Part shown: positions 1-14,202 of the stretch, one piece after another | How positions within the stretch are numbered: position 1 is the stretch's first letter | Layout: the number at the start of each line of letters is the position of its first letter | Assembly (NCBI GenBank): GCA_051294375.1 | Contig: CM119264.1 | Location: 1,576,522-1,640,521 of the forward strand | Source: Paraspadella gotoi | Lineage: Eukaryota > Animalia > Chaetognatha | Direction: 5' to 3' | DNA: 64,000 nucleotides | Notes under the pieces: generated by a model | Told to the model about the DNA's origin: nothing | Databases searched by the model: none | The model's input: the letters and a program-made list of their open reading frames with translations, nothing else | Program-made: the position numbers and the translations under genes

Positions 1-664
1 CAAATGACCCGCTCTTCTTTTACCGAAGCGAATTTAGAAGCAGATTCGCTTTTGTTTAATCGTTTTAATTAATTTCCTAACAAAACTTGTTATCATTTTC
101 GATTAGAATCTCGCCTTTCATATCCTTATTGTCCTAATGCGCACGACGGGGGAAGAGAAAGAGAATAAAAGAAAGAGAATAAAAGAAAGAGACATTACTG
201 CGAATTAAGCATAAAAAAGAAGGCGGGATTTTTTTGAGGATTCGACCCAAAATGAGGAGAGATTAACGGGATTAAGAAAAAAAAAGAGGAAAGGGAGGAA
301 AGAAGAGGAAAGGAAAGGAAATGGAGGAAAGGGAAAAGGGAGGAAAGAGAGAAAAGGGAGGTAAAACAAAAAATTAGAGAAAGAGAGAAAAGGAATAAAG
401 ACGAAAGGGAGAACAGGGAAGTAAAGGAGGAAAGGAAATAAAGGCAGGGAAAAGAGGAAAGAAAAGAGAGGAAAGAGAGAAAAAAGAGAAAAGAGAGGAA
501 AGAAGAGGCAATGGAGGAAAAATATAAAAAAAGAGGAAAGGGACAAAAGGAAGGAAAGGGAGGAAAGTAGAAAAGAGAGGAAAGGAAAGAAATAGAAAAA
601 GGGAAGAAAAGAAAGAAAAAAAAGAGAGGAAGAAAGTGAAAACAGAAAAAAAAGAAAGGAAAGA

Positions 665-822
665 CGAGGGGGTGACCAAAAGGGGGAGAGATGGAGGAGG
701 GGAGACCAAAGGGAGGAAAAGGGAGGAGGGGGAGACCCAAGGGGGAGAGAGGGAGGAGGGGGAGACCAAAGGGGGAGGAGGGAAGACCTAAGGGGGCAGA
801 TAGGAAGGAGGGGGAGACCAAA
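665..822. repeat. ~30-bp G-rich minisatellite (GGAGGAGGGGGAGACCAAAGGG...)
   Basis: Five to six units with a GGGGAGACC core at the end of a long purine tract. Confidence 0.8.
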
Positions 823-2072
823 TAGTGGTATTCCTTTGGTGGTAAAGCAATGGATTGCGTGGACGGGGAAAGAGGATTAAAAGACAGTAGTAGAGTTTTG
901 GAGGCCGAAAGCTCGCTGGGTCCTGCTGTGGTGGTTTATCTTAACCCGACATAATCTGTCCAAGCTGATTGAATGGATAAACGTATATCGTGTGTTCCAA
1001 TTTCGTACATATTTTTAAATAAAGTTTAGGCTTTAAATATTATTATCCTACACGAAAACTTACTTGAAAAAAAAATCATTAAATATATTATAATATACAG
1101 TGAATACAGTGAATCAGCGGGAGGAATTCGATGCAAAAGGGGGAGGGGTCAGAAAAAGATGGGAAGGGTGGGTGAAGGTGTGAAAGGGTAGGTGTGAAAG
1201 GGTAGGTGAAGGTGTGAAATTCTCAAAAATAAAAGAGGAAGTCAGGGTGAGGCGACCTTTTTCATTAATGTCAGGAAAGCAAACTGGTCAAGACAAGACC
1301 GTGGAAGGTTTGGTCAGGACATAATCGGCGATGTGTCAGAAGATGAAGGAAAACTGGTTAGGACATTAAGAACGGGACATAGGTCGCGACAGTTTGGCGG
1401 ATGGACAATCACGAGACAAGAATACGATTTGGTCTTTTGCCAAACTCGTTTTCCTTTTTGTCGATCGTTAACGAAAAAACCGCAAAAATGATGCAAAAAT
1501 AATGAAACACAATAAGAAATCGTGGAAATTGTTCGAATTAATTTGGAATTTGTGAATGAGGAAAGGTAATCTGGATTGGCATTTCATGGCATGACATGGT
1601 ATGGCATGGTTGGCGTGATTTCGGCTGGGAAGTTTTCGGGTGAGCGACGACGACGACGATGACGACGACGACGACGGCGAAGATTTTTGTATTCGGTTGA
1701 GATGTTGGACGTCGGGTTTGATTAATCTTCTCTTTGAGTCGCGAAGAATAAAAGAAGAATAAAAGAAGAATAGAAAAAAAACAAAAGAAGATTAAAAGAG
1801 AAATAAAAATAATAAAAGAAGAATAAAAGAAAAATAAAATTAAAATAAAATGAAAAATGAACCAAAATAAAAACGAAACGAAAAACAAAAAAAATTATTA
1901 GAGGAAAAATAAAGAGGAAAAGAAAAAATGAAAAAAAGGGAAAAATTGTAAAACAAAAAAAAAATAGAAAGAATATAATAAAGCTTACAAAAGATAACTG
2001 ATAAATGAATGGATATTTTTTTTAAATTTGGTTGTACCAATCTCATAGAAAAAAGGAAAACAAAAAATCGTA

Positions 2073-2138
<66 letters not shown>

Positions 2139-2384
2139 TCTTTCCATCTCACTTTTTCTGGAGTAAATTAGCCGAATTAAAATCAAGGATCAATCATCTT
2201 TTTCCTTCTTCAAAAAAAAACGTTAGAAATTCTCAAATCGTTTTTCATTTCATAATTAAAAAGGGAGAAGAGAATATATTTGCGTGTGGGAGAATAATCA
2301 GAAAGAAAAAGAGAAAAAAAGAAAAATAACGGAAAGAAAACGGGGGAAAAAACGAGAGAGAAAGGAGAGAATCGAGGGAGAGAG

Positions 2385-2421
<37 letters not shown>

Positions 2422-2871
2422 GAGAGAGACGAGATAGAGAGAGAGAGAGAGAGAAGAGAGAGGAGAGAGAGAGACAAGAAGAGTAGAAGAAAAGAAATAA
2501 AGAAAAAGAAAAGGAAAGAAAGAGAGAGAGAATTAAAAGAAGAGAAAAAAAAAAAGAAAGAAAAAAGAACAGAAATATCGAATGAAGGATAATGAAAAAA
2601 TAAAAAAAGAAAGAAAGAAAGAAAAAAAAAGAGGAAAGAAAGAAAAGAAAGAAAAGAAAGAAAGAGAAAGAAAGAAAATAAGAAAGAAAGAAAGAAAGAA
2701 GAGAAAGAAAGAAAGAAAGAAAAGAAAGAAAGAAAGAAAAAGAAAGAAAGAAAGAGCAATAAAGAAAGAAAGAAAGAAAAAGAAAGATAGAATAAATGAA
2801 AAGCTCGGCTGATTGACGCTAAGTGAGAGAGATCTGGGAGAAGAGAGCTAGAGACAAGAGAGCAAGAGAGA

Positions 2872-2921
<50 letters not shown>

Positions 2922-2973
2922 CGCTTTTGCAATTAGGTTTCCGTCAAAGCGACAGAGAAATCATTTCCTGCGA

Positions 2974-3004
<31 letters not shown>

Positions 3005-3269
3005 TTGCAGTATTTGTCGTTTTCGACTTTTCAATTGTCATTTTCAGGTTTCGTCGACGAGTCACAATTTTTTGTTTCTTCTCTCGATTTCATTTCGCTG
3101 TAGATTCAACTCCTTCTGTCGTGATGTTCTCAATGATTAGACTTTTACAATACGGTTACATTTGCAGTTCTTTCTTTAGTTATGAGAAATAAAAGAACTT
3201 TCAAATTGGGTGAACGACAACCACGACAAAAACGACAACATTGACAACAACGACAACAACAACGACGAC

Positions 3270-3302
<33 letters not shown>

Positions 3303-3947
3303 GACCTTCGTCTTTTGCTCTTTTGTTCGAATTCGATTTTCTTCTTCGATCTTTTCTTTGTTTCGTCCGATCGATTGTTGTTGTCATCGTTGTTGTTGTT
3401 GTCGTTATTATTTCGGTTTTCGTTTTTACCGCGGGTGTTATCATTGCCATGGATACGCGTTCGAAATACCACCCAACAACCTTTACGTCCACCTTATTTT
3501 ATACCCTCTGCCCACTTTATCACACTCACAAACCACCGCCTTGTCCAGCATCTCATTAACCTAATCGACTTCACCAATTTCATCACCACCGGCCCAAATC
3601 CGTTCGGCCGCTCCAAGTCATNNNNNNNNNNNNNNNNNNNNNNNNNNNNNNNNNNNNNNNNNNNNNNNNNNNNNNNNNNNNNNNNNNNNNNNNNNNNNNN
3701 NNNNNNNNNNNNNNNNNNNNNNNNNNNNNNNNNNNNNNNNNNNNNNNNNNNNNNNNNNNNNNNNNNNNNNNNNNNNNNNNNNNNNNNNNNNNNNNNNNNN
3801 NNNNNNNNNNNNNNNNNNNNNNNNNNNNNNNNNNNNNNNNNNNNNNNNNNNNNNNNNNNNNNNNNNNNNNNNNNNNNNNNNNNNNNNNNNNNNNNNNNNN
3901 NNNNNNNNNNNNNNNNNNNNNNNNNNNNNNNNNNNNNNNNNNNNNNN

Positions 3948-4050
3948 GGCGTAGTCGTGGCGCAGTCGTGGCGGCATTGTGGTGGCGTCGTGGCGTAGTC
4001 GGGGCATATTCGTGGCGTAGTCGTGGGGGCATCGTGGCGTAGTCGTGGCG
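3948..4050. repeat. 11-bp minisatellite GGCGTAGTCGT
   Basis: Tandem units flanking a gap. Confidence 0.85.
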
Positions 4051-7000
4051 ACGAGAGGCCAAAACCAATCCAGACCCAAACAGTGTAAGACTTCAAACAC
4101 AGTCAAGCCCAAACATAGCCAACCCAAAAACCAAGATATTCAAAAACTAAACCAATCCACACCCAAGCGTGGTCAGTGGCCACCCTAAAATCAATTTGAA
4201 ATCATCGCGGCATCTCTCTCTCCTCTTTCTTCTCTTTTCTCACCTCTCCTATCTCTTCTTTTTTCTCTCCTCTCTCCCCTCTCCTCTCTCTTCTCTTATC
4301 TCTTTCCTCTCTCCTCTTTTCTCCCCTTTCCTCTATCCCCTCTTCTCTCTCCTCTCTTTCCACCTCATGTTGGACACAAGGCGTCGAATTTCCGGACAAA
4401 AATGGATCCTTTAAGAATCCAAAACATCCGTTTTTTCTCTTTTCCAGCTTCTTCCCCTCTCTCCTCTCCNNNNNNNNNNNNNNNNNNNNNNNNNNNNNNN
4501 NNNNNNNNNNNNNNNNNNNNNNNNNNNNNNNNNNNNNNNNNNNNNNNNNNNNNNNNNNNNNNNNNNNNNNNNNNNNNNNNNNNNNNNNNNNNNNNNNNNN
4601 NNNNNNNNNNNNNNNNNNNNNNNNNNNNNNNNNNNNNNNNNNNNNNNNNNNNNNNNNNNNNNNNNNNNNNNNNNNNNNNNNNNNNNNNNNNNNNNNNNNN
4701 NNNNNNNNNNNNNNNNNNNNNNNNNNNNNNNNNNNNNNNNNNNNNNNNNNNNNNNNNNNNNNNNNNNNNNNNNNNNNNNNNNNNNNNNNNNNNNNNNNNN
4801 NNNNNNNNNNNNNNNNNNNNNNNNNNNNNNNNNNNNNNNNNNNNNNNNNNNNNNNNNNNNNNNNNNNNNNNNNNNNNNNNNNNNNNNTCCCCTTTCTCCC
4901 TTTGCTCCTTTTCCCCTCACAATTTGCTCCTTCAATTCTTCTCTCGCTCCTATAACATCTTCTTATTTAGCTTCTTTAATATCCTTAATTTACTCCTTTG
5001 ATCTTCTCATCAACTTTTCTTCACTGCTCCTGAGCTCCAGCAATCCTCTTAATTCGTTTAACTCCTACAAAGCTCTTACTATTTCCTTACTTTCCTTTAA
5101 TATATATTTTCTTACTTCGCTCCTATGTAAGATCTGTTGCTCCAACGACCTCGTCATCGTCGCTCCTGCAACCCAAACTCCACCTCCCCACTTTTTCCCC
5201 GGGAACTTTGGCGGTTTTTTTTTTTTTTTTTTTTTNNNNNNNNNNNNNNNNNNNNNNNNNNNNNNNNNNNNNNNNNNNNNNNNNNNNNNNNNNNNNNNNN
5301 NNNNNNNNNNNNNNNNNNNNNNNNNNNNNNNNNNNNNNNNNNNNNNNNNNNNNNNNNNNNNNNNNNNNNNNNNNNNNNNNNCTCTCTTTACCGTTAATGT
5401 CCGCCCTGTTTCCTTGCTTTAGATGCTGTCGTAATTCCTGTAGTTTGTTTGTGTTGAATCAACTCTTCGGAAACATGAGCGGACGAAGACGACGACGACG
5501 ACAACAACGACGACGATAACGACGACGACGATGATGATGACAGAAACGTCGGTCTTCAACGAAAATGAAGTCGCTTCTGATATTTGGGTTCTTGATGCTC
5601 AAATAATTTATGATTCAAAAATAAATTTGACACAAAATTTTATTAAACCATGAACAAATGTTAGGATTTAATATATACGTCTTACTAATTTTTTGGGGGA
5701 AAATTTTAGTACTTTATTTTATTCCGACATTTTTAAGTTAAGAAAACAATTTTTTAATGAGTGACAAGTCATGTTTTATAAACTGCTTTAGATTTAACTC
5801 AATATTGCTTCTTTAATTACGTTATCTAAGTTTATCTTATTTTATTTCTTTTCTTTTCTTTTCTTTTCTTTTCTTTNNNNNNNNNNNNNNNNNNNNNNNN
5901 NNNNNNNNNNNNNNNNNNNNNNNNNNNNNNNNNNNNNNNNNNNNNNNNNNNNNNNNNNNNNNNNNNNNNNNNNNNNNNNNNNNNNNNNNNNNNNNNNNNN
6001 NNNNNNNNNNNNNNNNNNNNNNNNNNNNNNNNNNNNNNNNNNNNNNNNNNNNNNNNNNNNNNNNNNNNNNNNNNNNNNNNNNNNNNNNNNNNNNNNNNNN
6101 NNNNNNNNNNNNNNNNNNNNNNNNNNNNNNNNNTTTTTTTTCAATTTGCTCTTTTCTGCTTCTCACCAGATTTGTTTTCCTACGCATTTTCGTTTCCTCT
6201 TAACAACGACTCTCTCTCTCTCTCTCTCTCTNNNNNNNNNNNNNNNNNNNNNNNNNNNNNNNNNNNNNNNNNNNNNNNNNNNNNNNNNNNNNNNNNNNNN
6301 NNNNNNNNNNNNNNNNNNNNNNNNNNNNNNNNNNNNNNNNNNNNNNNNNNNNNNNNNNNNNNNNNNNNNNNNNNNNNNNNNNNNNNNNNNNNNNNNATCC
6401 TCCCCTCTCCTGTTTGGCGTCTCGCCCATTGGCTGCGAAAACGTCAGCTGACGTCATCACGCTCCATCAGATCTCACAATTCCAGACTCACAATTCCAGA
6501 CCTTACCTATTTTTTTCTCACGCCTTACCTAATTCTCTGGACACCTTTATCATTCCTTCACTACTCTCCTTTCTACTACTATAAAAGTCGAACTTTTGAT
6601 TCAACCGAAAATGAGATTGAGCTCACCAATCTCATTTGTATATCGTCGTGTTGACATTGACTTGTCATCAATTCTATTCCTGTCTCATTTAACGGTCTCA
6701 TATCACGAATTAACTCTTGTCCACTTTATTACTCATCACGCCTCATTAAGGTTGGAGATCAAGTTACTGAATGTTAGTGATTAAGTTTAGGGATTAGGAA
6801 TAAGAGCGGAATAAAACATTTTAAAATTAAGTATGTGAAGGGTCAAAAATTCGCTGATTACTCATCTTTCCTAACCGAGTATAATCTTCATTCCCTTTTC
6901 TATTTCAACGTCATTTATTTTTCATTATTTAATCTTTATACATACATTCATTCTTTATGCTTTGAGTTTTTATATTAAAAAATTTCGTACCCAACGAAAC

Positions 7001-9027
7001 TTATTTTTTTTAAATTATTGACGTTTTCTTTCATTACGATTTCCGTCGAATCTAATATTGATCATAATTCGTTATCTTTCTATTCATCCGTCAATATTTT
7101 TAAAAATGATTTTTTCAATCTACGTTTCGCATAGAACTTTTCAAACGGTATATATATTGGCTTACCTAAATAATAAATACCAAAATACGTACCACATTTT
7201 AAACAAAAAATACTGTTTGTGTTTTGCCTCGTCTTATTTACTCCGTGAAAAGTTAGCGAACTGACAAAGCGACTAAGCATGAGGGACCGTTCCGCCCCAG
7301 AAAAGACNNNNNNNNNNNNNNNNNNNNNNNNNNNNNNNNNNNNNNNNNNNNNNNNNNNNNNNNNNNNNNNNNNNNNNNNNNNNNNNNNNNNNNNNNNNNN
7401 NNNNNNNNNNNNNNNNNNNNNNNNNNNNNNNNNNNNNNNNNNNNNNNNNNNNNNNNNNNNNNNNNNNNNNNNNNNNNNNNNNNNNNNNNNNNNNNNNNNN
7501 NNNNNNNNNNNNNNNNNNNNNNNNNNNNNNNNNNNNNNNNNNNNNNNNNNNNNNNNNNNNNNNNNNNNNNNNNNNNNNNNNNNNNNNNNNNNNNNNNNNN
7601 NNNNNNNNNNNNNNNNNNNNNNNNNNNNNNNNNNNNNNNNNNNNNNNNNNNNNNNNNNNNNNNNNNNNNNNNNNNNNNNNNNNNNNNNNNNNNNNNNNNN
7701 NNNNNNNNNNNNNNNNNNNNNNNNNNNNNNNNNNNNNNNNNNNNNNNNNNNNNNNNNNNNNNNNNNNNNNNNNNNNNNNNNNNNNNNNNNNNNNNNNNNN
7801 NNNNNNNNNNNNNNNNNNNNNNNNNNNNNNNNNNNNNNNNNNNNNNNNNNNNNNNNNNNNNNNNNNNNNNNNNNNNNNNNNNNNNNNNNNNNNNNNNNNN
7901 NNNNNNNNNNNNNNNNNNNNNNNNNNNNNNNNNNNNNNNNCGTCGTCGTCGTCGTTTTTCTCTGAATCCAACGGCAAAAAGTTCGGTGTTTAGGCAGGAG
8001 ATTATTACTCAGATGACATGAAGGGGGCAGGGCAGGATGGCGTCTCTCTCTCTCTCTCTGTCTCTCTCTCTTTCTCTCTCTCTCTCTACCTTTGTCTCCA
8101 CCTCCTTGACAAAACAAAAACAAAAGTAGAAAAAAAAAAGAAAGGGGTGCCGATTTGGGAATTTAAACTCCGCTGACTTTAAAAATAAATCAATTACTAG
8201 AAAAAGTTTAAAAAAAGAGACTTATTTTATAAAAGAGGCCGATTCAAGCTTAAGTTTTTAAACGATAAAAAACTTTGCATCTAAAAGCTTAAATTCATAT
8301 TTAAATTAGTTTTTAGTTAAAAAGTTTTGGATTAAGTAATAAGGTTTGGGAAAATAGTACCCAAAAAACTGGAAGATGCCATCAAGATATCATCAATTAC
8401 TGCGACGTTATTTTGATGGATGAGAATCCGAAAGACGAGGACAGAAACTGTTCTTCTGTTTTTTTTTTTTAGTTTTTTTTTTTCGTTTATTCTCCGCGAG
8501 ATGGCTAAAAGGATAAACTCTCTAAAACTGTTGCAGTTGCTGTACATCGAGATACGACTAAAAAAAAAGAGGTAACAATGGGTTTAACTATTAATCTTTT
8601 AACGCAGTTAGCTCTTGTAATTGTAATTGTAATCGTAATTGTAATTATATGCAACAAGTTCGGAAAAGTTAAATTGTTTTTGCTTGGAATTTTTCTCTTG
8701 TCGTATAACATTTTAAATAACCTGTATTTTTTGAGTGATTAAAAATCATTTTAAATAAATTAAACTGTTTTGTACTTATTTCGTAATCTGGTCCAGGTAA
8801 TCAGCTTGTCTCGCTTGTCCCGACACTCAGCTTGCTCTGCTTGTTAAGGCAATCTGCTTGCCCCGCTTGTCCAGGTAATCAGTCGGCCGCGTTCGTCAAA
8901 ATTCGTCGACTCAAAGTTTCTTCGCGGTTTTTGGCGATTTTGGTTCTTAAGTTTGACGGATTGTTTTGGCTGAGAGGGAGAAGAGAGAGAGAGAAGACGA
9001 GAGAGAGAGAGAAAGAAGAGAGAGCAG

Positions 9028-9058
<31 letters not shown>

Positions 9059-9430
9059 TTCAGATTCTTAACTCCTCTTCTATTGTTTAACCATTGTGAA
9101 CGCTTGTGAATTGCAATTTACCCTCGATGTCGCTACCTCGATACTTAATATGTCTTATATTTTTTAATGTCTTTCACTGAATGTTTTCACTCCTGGATCC
9201 AATCAGCTCCAGTTCTCAACCGACTCCACCCGCGTCACTCCTTTCCCTTCGCTCCTTCAATCCCGATCCAATCAGCTCCTGTTCTCAACCGCTCCACTCG
9301 TCGCTCCTTCCCTTCCACTTTCATTTTTACCACCAAAAGCGTCAAGATCGTTTCGTCCCACGAGTTGGCGAAAAGTCGGCGTACATGACCCGAAAGCGAA
9401 AGCGAATCCGAAACTCAAATGTAAATAAGT

Positions 9431-9638
9431 GGCTTTTTTTTCCGAGAGTGCCCCATTTTTTTTTCGTTTATCCCAGAATTTAATTTTAATTTTAATTTCT
9501 AACCTAAATATGTTATGAAACTTATAAACCAATAGCTAATCCTAATCCTTAATTCTAACTTCTAGCTTAACCTTTAACTAAAAAAATATTTTAATTATAA
9601 ATTTAGGATAGAATGGGGCATTCTGGGAAAATAAGGCC
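9431..9638. mobile_element. MITE, family 1
   Basis: Imperfect TIRs GGCTTTTTTTTCCGAGAGTGCCCCATT and AATGGGGCATTCTGGGAAAATAAGGCC around an AT-rich CCTAA-containing core. Confidence 0.7.
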
Positions 9639-10596
9639 TTGTAGAGTGACATTGAACCAGATTAAAGTTGTCATCCGACTGTTGTAAAAAAAAACCAGAT
9701 TTTGAATTAACAGAAGTCTAATTTTATGTCTGAAAAGAAATGTCGTGGCCTCAAACAAATCCATGAATTGACTGTGGCCTAATTAAAAGATTTACATAAA
9801 TTAAACATAAATTTATCTAGGGCAAACTCAACTAAGTATTGGTCGTTGTTGTAGTTTTAATGATGGTTTTCAAATCATTTACTATACAATACTACGCGTA
9901 TTAATTCTTTTTTTTCTCAAATATTTATATTTTATTTTTATTATTACTATTATTATTTCTTAGTCTTGTAATTTTTTACCTACGCTGGCACTGTTTATTG
10001 TTGACTGTTGATTATTGATAGTTGATTTTTGTGTTTTAAGTTTTAAGTTGTTTTTCTCTTTTTAATAAAACTCTTCATACTGACTTCCTCTCACCGGTCA
10101 TTCCTCCCCCCTTGTCCCGCTTTTATTTTCAAGTCCGCATCTTCCCGATCCTTCCCCTCCCTCTATCCATATCCCGTACGTCCGTCCGTCCGGCATTTTT
10201 GTCCGGACATCCAGAGAGACGTGATGGAACCTGTAAAAACAATACGGGCAGTCCGCACAAAACGGAGTCAAACGGGGATGATGAAGAGGCGGATTAGGAC
10301 GACGAGTTTAGGAAATCATGTCGAAGCCAAGAAGAGAAGCTTTTCTTTTTTCTTTCTTTCTTTTTTTTGGCCATCGGAGAAGAAAGAGAGGAGGGAGGAA
10401 GGGAAGGAGGAAAAGAGGGAGGAGGGGAGGTGGAGGAAGAGAGGGGAGAGAAAAGAGGTGGCTGAGAACGATACTTATGTAAGGAATGGTCAGTATGTGG
10501 GAACAAAGGAAAAAAGTGCAAATGAAAAAAGAGAGAAAGAAAGAAAAAAGAGAGAAAGAAAAAAAGAAAGAAATAAAGAAAGAAAGAAAGAAAAAA

Positions 10597-10640
<44 letters not shown>

Positions 10641-10865
10641 GCCAAGATAAAGGAGGAAAAGGTGAAAAAGGAAAGGGAGGAAGAGGAGAAAAAGGAAAGG
10701 GAGGAAGAAGAGAAAAAGGAAAGGGAGGAAGAGGAGAAAAGGAAAGGAAGGAAGCGAAGCGGAAAGAAACAAACAGAAAAGGAGGCGATGAGAAAGGGAG
10801 GGAGAAGAGGGAGAGTGGTTATTGGGGGAGGGAGAGAGAGAGAGAGAGTGGTTATTTTTATTTTG

Positions 10866-10952
<87 letters not shown>
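10866..10952. repeat. (TAAA)n microsatellite
   Basis: Direct inspection. Confidence 0.95.
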
Positions 10953-12696
10953 AAAAATGAAAAAATAGTTTAAAAAAATAAACGTCAATGATAAAGTGAA
11001 AGAAAATTAGAAAGATTAAGTATAAAAATAAAAATATAATTTGGAAGACTCGACGAGGAGAAAGACGATCATAAAAGAAATATTCCTGATATTTCTGAGT
11101 CGCGATGGCGAGATATGTATTTGATAGAGAGAAGTTAGAATGTAATTTGCAAGTCTGATTCTTTGGAGGAAAGTAATAAATAGGAAAAAAGGAAATATAA
11201 AAGGAAAAAAGGAAAGAAAAAACGAAAAAAGCAAAAGAAAATAAAAAAAATTTAAAGGAAAGAAAAAGAAAAAAAGAAAGAAAAAAGGAAAGAAAAAGGA
11301 AAGAAAGAAAAAGAAAAAAAGAAAGAAAAAAAAGAATAAAAGGAAAGAAAAAGGAAAAAGAAAGAAAAATGGAAAGAAGAAAAATGAAAGGAAAGAAAAA
11401 AGGATAGAAAGAAAAAGAAAAAAGGAAAGAAAAAAAAGAATAAAAGGAAAGAAAAAAAAGAAAGAAAAAAGGAAAGAAAAAAGAGAAGAAAAAAGGAATG
11501 AAATAAAAATAAAAAAAAGAAAGAAAAAAAAGAAATGGGAAAAAATGGGAAAAAGTAAAGAAAAAAAGAAAAAAAGGGGAAAAAAAAAGAAAATGAAAAA
11601 AGGGAAAAAAGAAAAAAAGAAAGAAAAAAGGGAAGTAAAAAGGAAAAAAAGGAAAGAAAAGAAAGTTTAAATTCGAGTTGGATAAAGTGAGAAAAAGTTT
11701 CTAAGGAGGAAAGGAGTAGCTTTTGAAAAGCTTTTCATGACCCTTGACGGAGCTTTTAAGGAGCTTTTGAATGGGATTTTAAAGAGATTANNNNNNNNNN
11801 NNNNNNNNNNNNNNNNNNNNNNNNNNNNNNNNNNNNNNNNNNNNNNNNNNNNNNNNNNNNNNNNNNNNNNNNNNNNNNNNNNNNNNNNNNNNNNNNNNNN
11901 NNNNNNNNNNNNNNNNNNNNNNNNNNNNNNNNNNNNNNNNNNNNNNNNNNNNNNNNNNNNNNNNNNNNNNNNNNNNNNNNNNNNNNNNNNNNNNNNNNNN
12001 NNNNNNNNNTTTGAGAGAGACACCCTCGCTCGATTAAGTCTATCAGTCATTGGAAGACATTTGATGTCGAAAGGAAAGAAAATGAAAGAAGGAAAAGAAA
12101 AACGAGAACCAAAACTAATAATCAAAAAGAATAAAAAAACATGAAAAACAAATGGAAAAACAAAGAAAACAATCAAAACAAAAAAGTATAAAACATGAAA
12201 AACAAAGAAAACAATCAAAACAAAAAAGAATAAAATATGAAAAACAAAGAAAACATGAAAAACAAAAAATGATAAAACATGAAAAACAAAGAAAACAAAA
12301 CTAAAAAGCAAAAACATGTGAAACTTGAAACAAAAACATATCGTTTAAAGCAAAAAAGGAAAACTTATAAAACAAATGAGAAAAACAATGTAATAAAAAC
12401 AAAAAACAGAAACAAGTTAAAAACCAAAAAACACTCCGATCATAATACATTATTATAATAGTATATTAAATCAAGAAACATAAACATAAAATTAAGGATG
12501 AGAAACAACCTTGCGAAAATATGAGTAAATGAAACAAACTGGAAGTAAGAAACCTGAAGAGGAATGACAACTACTGCCTGATAAGCAAGACAAGAACAAA
12601 AAAAATCAATGTAAAAAAAGAAGAAAAAAGAAAAAAAGATGCGGAGAGTCAAGAAAAATATCATCCTTTGCTTCAGGGGATAATAATTCTTGTATC

Positions 12697-12940
<244 letters not shown>

Positions 12941-13331
12941 TTAATAAATTAAATTAGTAGAAAACGTTTGAAATTTTTTATTTATTTAATTGAAATTTTT
13001 TTATTAAGATTTAAGTTTGTGGAAACCTTTTTTGTCCTTTTAAACCAATGCTACAAATATTTTTATTATTTATATTATTATATTATTATTTTTATTATTA
13101 TTATTATGCATGCTACAAATATTTTTATTGCAAAATTTGATATCATATTTCTAAAGTAACAAGTATTTTGTCATCATATAATAACATTATTTTGAAACAT
13201 GATGCCAGCATCTCTGGGCCAGTTGCATTTTGCCCGGAAACTGTCAGATGCCTTGAGAGCCTGACCGAGGAAAATGAAGGCTAAAGAGGTAACTGGGTTT
13301 TAGTACCACGAAAAACGGAGCACGCATCTAA

Positions 13332-13434
<103 letters not shown>

Positions 13435-13586
13435 TGATCTTAGAGATTTTATTCAAGAAGAAAAGAAAAAAAAAGAGGAAAAAAAACGGTTTCGCGTAAA
13501 AATTGGTTAATGGAGCAAAAAAATATCGGAAATATCAATTATCGATCAAGTTTTTAACGAAGCTCAAATTACTAAAAAAAAGTATT

Positions 13587-14177
13587 AGCTAATTAAGGAG
13601 AGAAAAAATTTAATTACGTATAAAGTACGTGAAAGAAGTTGGGGGAAAAGCGGCTCAAGTTATCGCACACTACAGTGTAATACATTTATCAGAAATCTGT
13701 CATTTTAGCATTAAAAAGACAAGGAAACGACTTGAGATGGCATGGAAAAGACAAGGAAGCGACTAGAGTTGGCATGGAAAATATAAGGAAGCGACTTGAG
13801 ATGGCATGGAAAAGATAAGGAAGCGACTTGAGACGGCATGAAAAAGATAAGGAAGCGACTTGAGATGGCATGGAAAAGATAAGGAAGCGACTAGAGTTGG
13901 CATGGAAAATATAAGGAAGCGACTAGAGTTGGCATGGAAAATATAAGGAAGCGACTAGAGTTGGCATGGACCAGGCATGGTGGAATTGGTGGATACGTGA
14001 CCATTCCGTGTCAAAACTGAAAAGAGGAAATTGAAAGAAGAACCGAAAGACAAATCTGAGGACAAAGAGTAAAAAAACAAAGAATAAAAGGAAGATAAAA
14101 AAAAACAAAAAAAGAAACAATGAGGTTAACAACCACACACCAGGGTTGTGGAGCTGGCCATTTTTTCTCCAGCTCCA
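13587..14177 (+). repeat. Direct duplicate of 25089-25728, including the hAT left junction
   Basis: Collinear sequence including the 32-bp minisatellite and AACCACACAC-CAGGGTTGTGGAGCTG (TIR at 14141); ends at a 25-N gap. Confidence 0.9.
13728..13970. repeat. ~32-bp minisatellite GGCATGGAAAATATAAGGAAGCGACTAGAGTT (also at 25245-25505)
   Basis: About 7-8 tandem units visible. Confidence 0.9.
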
Positions 14178-14202
14178 NNNNNNNNNNNNNNNNNNNNNNN
14201 NN

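Noticed and set aside
195-821. Long F/S/L-rich or E/R/K-rich ORFs here and near 2.3, 10.3, 54.4, 60.9 and 63.5 kb
   Set aside because: Polypurine/polypyrimidine tracts lack stop codons by composition.
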